The position numbers were made by a program, and so were the translations under genes. Below the pieces are notes generated by a model, which saw only the letters and a program-made list of their open reading frames with translations, had not been told where the DNA came from and searched no databases. DNA of 64,000 bases, from the NCBI GenBank assembly GCA_964016885.1, contig OZ024743.1:14322001-14386000 (forward strand), written 5' to 3'. Positions within the stretch are counted from its first letter, which is position 1. Every line of letters starts with the position of its first letter. Positions 55,815 to 64,000 of the stretch are shown here, piece by piece. This DNA is from Eledone cirrhosa (Eukaryota).

Positions 55815-58800
55815 TTTCTTTATTAACCACAAGGGTTTACATAAAGTAGACATTAAGGACAGTACAGAAAAATACAGGGCGGTACAAATGGGCATTTCTG
55901 CGTGTAAAAAAAACAAGAAACAGAGGATGTTATAATAGAACAATGAAAAAATTCCCCAATAGGGGGGGGGGGGCAGACTTCCGAGCGACATTCGTGGAGA
56001 AAGCCCATTAAAAAGCCACAGTGACCCTGACCACCAGGGCAAGTGCCCTCTCCCTGTTTTCCACCTTTAATTTACAGACACATACTCAGAGTAGGCCCAT
56101 TCACTCGGGCCATTCTTGCCTCTCTCACCCATCTTTCAACAAAATGCTTGGAAGAGAGCACTTCCCTATCTACTCTGATTTTCCTTTTCAAATGAAATTT
56201 GAAAAAGTCAATCCGGGCATCACCGAAGAGGTAAGTGCTCGTCTTCAGCCCTTTCAAACGTGTCCACCATACTATCTCTTTCGCCATGGCCACCAGACAG
56301 ATAAAAACTGCTTGCCCTTCCTGGCTAAAGGAAGAGGGCGGAGTAATCCTCACGATGGTTTCAGAAGTTAGCCGGATCCGCCCTACACGCGACAGGAGGT
56401 GTTCGATATAAACCACAAGTCAGCAATTTTCGGACACTGGACCAGTGCGTGCAGGACGGTTTCGTCGCCCTGCGCGCATCTCGGACATGGCCGGCAGACG
56501 GCACCTCCATGCCTGTAGAGTTTATCCCGAACTGGCAAGACTCGTCGGTAGCACTGCCAGGCCAGAGATTTCTGGAAGTTGTCCATAGGCCCCGGCCCGA
56601 AAGTTCTTCCGAAGAGATTGGCTAGTTGATTTTCGTCGACGCCTAGAGTTTCCCCAAGTACGTCGTCGCTCTTCCCCTCCACTAATCCTCTATAGAAACC
56701 CAAGGTGGAGTTTCCACCGATCACATTGCCCGATTGGTCGAGGGCTGTGAGCGCCTGATGACATTCCAGTCACCAAGCGCTCCAACTCGGTCTTCGCTTG
56801 ACCCAGGGCTGCAGCTCCGTCAAGGAGAAGAGTTGGGGAAACACGCGTCTAGCAAACGGCAACAACACCTGATCACCGTCGTGGAAGAGGTGGAGATGAC
56901 GTAGTCTGAGCCCGTGTCTGCGCATCATCAGCCACGGCATGCCCAGCCATCCACGTAGCCGGTGTTGACAGCAGATGGACCGCCTGACCATCGGAGCTCG
57001 TCCCTTGCACAAAAAGCGAATGAGCAAACGTCCCAGCGCAGACAGGCGAGGCTTAGGACAAGGCACGACGGTCAGGCGGTAGTAGATGACGGGCGCGATG
57101 TACGTGTTAGCCACCACCACTCGACCTTTCGGGGATAGCTTCCTCTCCGCCCATTTCCGGTTGAGAGAAGCCACCCTCCTCGTCACCTCATCCCACTTTT
57201 CGTCCGTCTGGAGGTCCGGACCGAACCAGACCATTGCAATTTAACCGGTCCGTCCGTCCAGCGTCCGACGGCGCTGTTAGACGGCATGGACCAGCCTCTC
57301 CAGGTGCCGAGCTGCAGGCCCACTGACTTTTTCTCGTTGATCATTGCTATGTCACCGCTTCGTATTCTCTTAGTGTAGTCCCGGTCGCCTCGATGTGTTT
57401 GGCGTTCGACACCACTACGGTGACATCGTCCGCATATGGTGACGCGGATCTTCCAACATCTCCAGTTTGTGCAGTAATGCCTCGAGAGTCAATACGTACA
57501 AGAGGGACGAGAGGGGACATCCTTGGCGTACCGAGCGCATGATGTTAAACGGTTCCAAAAGGTGACCGTTCACTCTCACCAAAGAGCAGATGTCGCTGTG
57601 CATGGCAGCGATCCAAGCTAGGAAGACGGGCCCAAAGCCAGCCGCCCCCAGGACTGCCGCCAGATAAGGATGATCGAACCAATCGAAAGTTTTCGACTGA
57701 TCTAAATTGATCAAGGACCCATCCGTGCAGGTTCCCTAGCTACCCTCTCCACGATGTATCACATGAGATGGAGGTCGTTGTGGATGGATCTGTCGGGAAT
57801 TGCGCATGTCTGCGCCTCTCCCACAAGACCACCAACGACAAGCTCCAACCTCTTTGCTAGCACCTTGGCCAAAATCTTGTACTCTGTGTTTAGCAGAATT
57901 ATGGGCCTGAAATGATCTATGTTATCCCCCTTGTTCGGATCTTTTCTCAGCAGCGCCACCGCTCCTCGGCTCACAGAGCTGGGAATTCTCTCGTTCTGTT
58001 GCCAGTTCCAGTAGACGTCCGCCAAGATGCCTCTGAACAAGTCTGGCATCTGTACCTAAAGTTCATAGGGCAGACCATCCAAACCAGGAGATTTACCTCT
58101 TGTGCAACTAGTCATTGCATCCCGTACTTCAGCGGCTGTTATCGGCTTTTTGCAACACTCCGCCTCAGTGGCCGAGAGCCGCGGCAGTCCGTCGAGGTAG
58201 ACACTAAAGTCCATCCCTCGATCCGGCCGGCCGCGGCCCCCGAACAACTGAGCGAAGTGTCGCTGAAAAGCTTCACACATTTGCCCGGGATCGAGTAGCA
58301 TGCGCCCGTCGTGGCCCACCAAAGACCGGATCGTTGCTTTGTTGCCACGACGCGCCTCCGCCAACCGGGCCCATTGAACGGCTTTCGTTCACTCATGTCT
58401 AAGAGGACGCACCGTAGCTCTGACAACGCAGCCTTAGTGCTTTACATTGAAGAATTGGTCAAGGGCCAATTTCGCCGCAAGTACGTCGGTCGCGATGCCT
58501 TTACTAAGCGCCTCGTCTAATTTTCTAACTAATTCGCCCTCTGCTCTATTTTTCTCTATTGCTAAAGCCTTACTAAATGTAATGGACTCTATTGTAATCG
58601 CTCTTTTCAGAGCAAACAACCTCTTGTTGTTGACGATGGCTACCGTCAACGCCCGCTTAACTAGTTCGCTAATCCGGTCTCCGTAGGCCTTTCGCGCTGG
58701 TAAGGAAGCGTTTAGCTTCCAGTAGCCGGGTCCTTGTCTATGAAGCCTATCTAAGTCAACCACACAGATCACGAATTTGTGGTCTGTGTAGCTGACTATA

Positions 58801-61567
58801 TTGAATTGTAGACAGACTATGCTACAGCTATCTATTTCCCTACAAAATACTCTATCTAGATATGATCTGGATGACCCGATGGGTTTGTCCAAGTCCCCAT
58901 TGGCACATTCGGGAAAGCCAATCGGTACCTGCCAGACAGTTCAAAACGCCTGAGCAGGTTGGTGGGACTCTTGCACCCTCCTCCATTATCCGCTGATCTC
59001 ACACAGTCCCAGCGTGCATCTAAGATCCCGTTCCAGTCGCTCACTAACACTAAAGAGCGGGACGTTCCAAGAAAGGTCTCCAGACGCCGGAAGAAATCAG
59101 GCCGCCCTGCTCCTGTCGGGGCATAGACGGCCACTAGCCTGAAAGCTTGCCCGTCTCCGCTGGTCACGTCCAGCACCACCAACTTACCCTCTGTGTCCAG
59201 GAAGATGGCCCGTATGGCGAGATCCAAACCTCTCCGAAAAAGCTCAGCTACTCCTCCTGATCCCGGACGGCTGGGAGATGCGTACACATCGTAGCCGCCG
59301 AAGATCGGTGTGAAGGCCCGTGCTTCGGAGATTCTGGTCTCGCTGATGGCCACTACATCTATGTTTAGTGACCTGAGGTCGTTGAGCAGGTGACCCTGCT
59401 TCCATGACGACCCCAAGCCACGCGCATTTATGCTGCCTATTCTGAGTGAGGTCATGTTGAAATGATGTGGAAAAGATGGGAAAGACTACTTACCTTATTT
59501 CTCGTAGAGGAAGGATGTTTTGTCCATCCTTTTCACTGCTTGAGGCCTCCTCTGGAAGGATGTCCTTATAAATCCTCCTGGAGAGTGTTTGTCGGAAGTC
59601 TCCGATGTCTTTGGGGAATTTTTGTTTTAGTGTCGTGTACGTTTTCTGTGTGATGCAAGTGATTTGTATGTGTGGAGGTGGTGTGAACTTTTGGGTAGTT
59701 GTGTAGTCTTTTTCTGTGATGCTGGTGTTGTGTTGCATGTAATGTAATAATTGGTTGTTGTTCAAATTTAATGCTGTGTAGTGTGTATCGTTCTGGTTGT
59801 TTTGTTTTGTTTGCGTTTGTTGTGGGTTTGTTTCTGTTACGCTTTTTGGTCACTTTTGTGGTGTTGGTGATAGTGGTGTTGGGGTTAATGATGGTGATGG
59901 TGTTGGTGTTTGTGTTGATGGGGCTGGTGATGCTGGTGTGGATGGTGGCATATCTGTCCTAACTTTTTTGTTTGATAATTTATTTGTTTCCCTCTGTATT
60001 TTGTTTTTGGAGGGGGAAGAAAGAGAATTTATTTCTTTTTTGGTTTCTCTTTATCTTTTTTCCTGATACCGTTTCCCACTCCTCGTCGTCACAATCTGTC
60101 TCCAGTTGCGATAAGCCGGGGAGTGGAAAATCCTCCACAGGCGTTGGTTTTGGTTGTGGCGTGGTGGATGGTGTAGGCGCTGGTGCTAGTTCTGGCGCTT
60201 TGGGTGGTGGTGGTGTTGGTTTTGCTACTGTTGCTGGGGTTGTTGCTGTTACATTTGCTTCTGTTATTGCTGCTACAGTTGTTGCTGCCATTTCTGCTGC
60301 TGGTGGTGTTGATGGTTGTATCAATGGGGTGGGTAAGAGAGGTGGCCTCAACCTTTTAGCCTGAGGGCGGAAAGCCCTTAGGTGGGTACCTTCACCACAA
60401 ACGAGACACCTAGGTCTTCTGACCTCGACGATTACGGTCAGGTGGCTGCCGGCAGTTATGTCTATTACCTCTGGGATCTCCCCAATGCTTTTATGGTCCG
60501 CTTGGATCAGGAGCTCCATCCCAGATCCGGACCAGTTCTCCTGCTTTTCTTTCGCTATTTCAATTATCTTGGTGTCGGCCTCGATGCCGGCGAACACGGC
60601 AGCCATTAGCCACGGAATTTCGATGGCCGGTGGAACGTGGGTCACCCTGATCTTCACAAGTCTCTGGCCACAATAGCTTGGGACGAGTTCCACGGTTCCA
60701 TACTTTTGCCCACGTCTGATGTGGGGTTTTTTGCCCACACACGTCCCAAAGCTTTTTGGATTTGGGACTCGGATGCCCGTTCCACTCGGCGCGATTTTAT
60801 GTTAATTGTCCGATAAGACACGGTGCATAGGCGAAGTTGCTCCATTTTATTAGGTGGAGGGGGGGGGGGTGAGGATGACCCTGTACCCCTCTTTCTTTAC
60901 CATTCCTTTGGCTCTTCTAATTCCTCCTGAGGTACCTGGATCGCTTCGCACGTTTTTGCTACTCTGGCAAAACTCAGGGTAGTTTTCTTAATTTCATTGT
61001 TGCTGTTGTTGTTATCGTTATTTTTGCTATTGTTAATTTTAGTTTCAGTTGTGGTGGTGGTGGCGTCAGTGGTGTTCGGTGTGGAAGAGTTAATTTTGGT
61101 TGAATTCATTTCGTTATCACGAGTTAATTTATTTTTTCTTTTGTTTCTGTTGTCGCGGTGGTGGTGGTGGTTGTCGCGGTGGTAGTGGTGGTGGCGGCTT
61201 TAACACGTGTAGTCATTGGTAATGGCGGGAAATGAACGTCTGCCTGAGACAATTTTAATATATTGCTACTGCTTACATTTCCAGTGTTGGCAAACGTAGC
61301 AATATTTACAATGGTGGTGTCGAGGTGAGGTGTTAGATTGTGAGTAAGGAGTGACTCTGAGACATCCATGATTTTTCAAAGAAAAATTTTTGTTTGATAA
61401 TTATAAAAAGTTTAAATTTTGGGCTCAAGTGTCCTTTTCAGAAATCAATGTATGTGCAATTATATACAGTTAACAATAAACATTTTCCATGAATGGCAAT
61501 TTTAAACAACTGAAAATAACAAACCTTTGCGGAGTTCACGATGATACGATTTACTACGTAGGTTGCC
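55812..61567 (-). mobile_element. Tx1/L1-clade LINE copy 2, full length, decayed, (AAT)n at both ends
   Basis: ORF1 pieces 61369-59490; ORF2 MTSLRIGSINARGL..ISET..YAP..DWN..TDHK..PGYWKLN..RSVRQGCPLS; colinear with copy 1. Confidence 0.95.
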
Positions 61568-61593
61568 AATAATAATAATAATAATAATAGAGT

Positions 61594-62018
61594 AAGTGAA
61601 GCAACGCATTGTAGCAAAGAGTGCAAAGAATAGGCGGTTTGATTTCAGAGTCAGTCAGTATAGACAGAACCGCATGTTTGACAACAACCAAAAGATGTTT
61701 TTTGGACAGCTTGAAGGGAAAGAAAGATGCAACGACTTGATCCCTGAGGCGGAACAGACTAGGACATTCTGGAGAGGAATATGGGAGCAGAATGTTGAAT
61801 ATAATGATCAGGCAGTGCGGATTGAGACAGTACAAAAGGAGATTAGTGAACAAGCAAACGAGGAAACTGATTTGAGTATCACAGTTGAAACTCTTAATGG
61901 GTAGGCCAAAAACCGAACCAACTGGAAATCACCAGGCCCAGATGGTGTGCAGGGTTATTGGATTAAAAATATAACATTCCTCCACTCGAAACTGACAATT
62001 ATGTTCAATGACTGCTTG
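61594..62018 (+). mobile_element. Internal fragment of R4/Dong-like LINE
   Basis: Aligns with 53922-54335 (KQRIVAKS..QNRMFDNNQKMFF..FWRGIW..WKSPGPDG). Confidence 0.88.
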
Positions 62019-62118
62019 ACGGGATCTTCTGAGATCCCGTTAAGTGTGAAAGCAGCGATTCTTTGCTTAAACTTTCATTTGTTATTTTAATAAATATATA
62101 TACAGTATATATATATAT

Positions 62119-62230
<112 letters not shown>

Positions 62231-62464
62231 ATGTGTGTGGGGGTTGGGTGCATGTGTGTGTGTGTGTATGTATATATATAATACTGAAACGAAATTATCG
62301 GATAGTGCCCAAATGCCTTCGATCGTTTTCCAATACATCCACTGCTTTAATGAAGCCAGTATCATTAAGATACCAACCTAAATGAGAGTGCAGACTAATA
62401 TGGTAACTAGCCTGATAAACGATTTCGTTCGGTAGAGAACTTGATTTTCTGATCCCACATTAAT

Positions 62465-62549
<85 letters not shown>

Positions 62550-62550
62550 T

Positions 62551-63373
62551 ATATGAATTATAAGAATGAAAGAACTGTTCAAAACAGTTTTATGCTTACA
62601 ACTGTTTCCTCCAAACCGAGGTTTGGATTCTTCGGAGCAATTTATTAATGAATGAACACTTATATGACCTCCATTTCACCCAAGAGACATACAGATACAT
62701 ATGCAAATATTGTGGGTCAACATTCATTACAGCATTTAGAGTGGCAGTACATACTTAGAGATTACATTCATATTAAAAGATACAATCAAAAATACAGGTT
62801 AAAATACAACATGAAAATAAGCAGTTATATAGTGCAAAGGTTATATGTGTGGCAAGCACGTGTGTCTTATTTATATTGTGTGGCAGAGAGTTACGTGTAG
62901 TAGAATCACTTAAGTAGGTAAACAAGAGTGTTAGGTTGGTTGATCTGGTGACAAATTCTTTATATGATTGTTATAGTCTGTGTGTGGAGAAATAATATAA
63001 GCATTAAAAATAATGTTCTTCTACTACACGTAACTCTCTGCCACACTATATAAACAAGACACACGTGCTTGCCACACATATAACCTTTGCACTATATAAC
63101 CGCTTATTTTCATGTTGTATTTTAACCTGTATTTTTGATTGTATCTTTTAATATGAATGTAATCTCTAAGTGTGTACTGCCACTCTAAATGCTGTAATGA
63201 ATGTTGACCCACAATATTTGCATATGTATCTGTATGACTCTTGGGTGAAAAGGAGGTCATACAAGTGTTCATTCATTAATAAATTGCTCCGAAGAATCCA
63301 AACCTCGGTTTGGAGGAAACAGTTGTAAGCATAAAAATGTTTTGAACAGTTCTTTGATTCTTATAATTCATAT
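62551..63373. mobile_element. Inverted-repeat element, ~355-bp arms with ~113-bp spacer, HHR in each arm
   Basis: 62551-62905 inverted against 63019-63373; mirror 82-aa ORFs with a few substitutions. Confidence 0.92.
63285..63331 (+). ncRNA. Variant type I HHR (CCGAAGA core); mirror copy on - at 62593-62639
   Basis: tgct-CCGAAGA-a-tccaaac(ctcg)gtttgga-g-GAAA-cagttg-UA-agca. Confidence 0.7.
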
Positions 63374-63534
63374 AACTGCTCTGTAAATCATCTGATGTTT
63401 TTACATTGAGCTACTTAACTTACTGGTAATAAGGTAGTAATATATTACTGCCTACCACTATTTAGGGTTTATATAAAAATATATATAACTGCAAAAGCTT
63501 TTTGTATTTACATAACCATAAATAGTATAATTAA

Positions 63535-63609
<75 letters not shown>

Positions 63610-63620
63610 TAATACGTATG

Positions 63621-63665
<45 letters not shown>

Positions 63666-64000
63666 TGGTATTGGGGTTGATTCTTCTATATCTCTTTCTC
63701 TCTTTGAAGAGTACGGCCACTACTTTATATCCATGTAGGAGAACTCCTACCTATGCGCTGAACGAGTGTGACTTATTAGTCCAGCCAGCGACTTGAAAAC
63801 TCTGGTACAAACACTACACTTGTGACAATTATTGACACATAGTGCTGGGCCCATGGTACCATGTGACGACAAGTGCAGAGAGATCTCCAGATATAAAGCA
63901 ATGCCTGTGCCGTGAAGCTTTTATAGCGAGCAAAGGCACTGCACAAAGCCAGTCACACTCTCTTAACCAAGATGATATTTACCAAAAAGAAGAACAAGTC

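Noticed and set aside
62652-63272. Mirror 82-aa ORFs
   Set aside because: Arms of an inverted repeat, antisense to the HHR, no domain features

Overview
Gene-free, AT-rich eukaryotic repeat DNA, probably invertebrate; a cephalopod/octopus origin is my inference from the SINE and repeat content. Almost all listed ORFs are (TA)n/(TATG)n microsatellite artefacts. 1-26.4 kb is a TA-microsatellite field densely colonised by Penelope-like elements (PLEs: RT + GIY-YIG, Naiad/Neptune-like) and by their non-coding derivatives. Reading by eye I find about 20 type I hammerhead ribozyme (HHR) motifs in about 9 sequence families, several with non-canonical cores or long stem II insertions. The main candidate system is a near-perfect tandem array of six 469-bp units (12.2-15.0 kb), each carrying a minimal HHR with a palindromic stem III, preceded by an inverted unit: a non-LTR retrozyme-like element. 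Many HHR elements are fold-back palindromes with their 3' ends pointing outward into TA tracts. 31-62 kb holds decayed Tx1/L1-clade LINEs (- strand) and R4/Dong-like RLE LINEs (+ strand) interleaved at (TAA)n repeats, plus tRNA-derived SINEs whose 3' tail resembles the Tx1 tail. All folds and alignments were done manually; none was computed or searched against a database.
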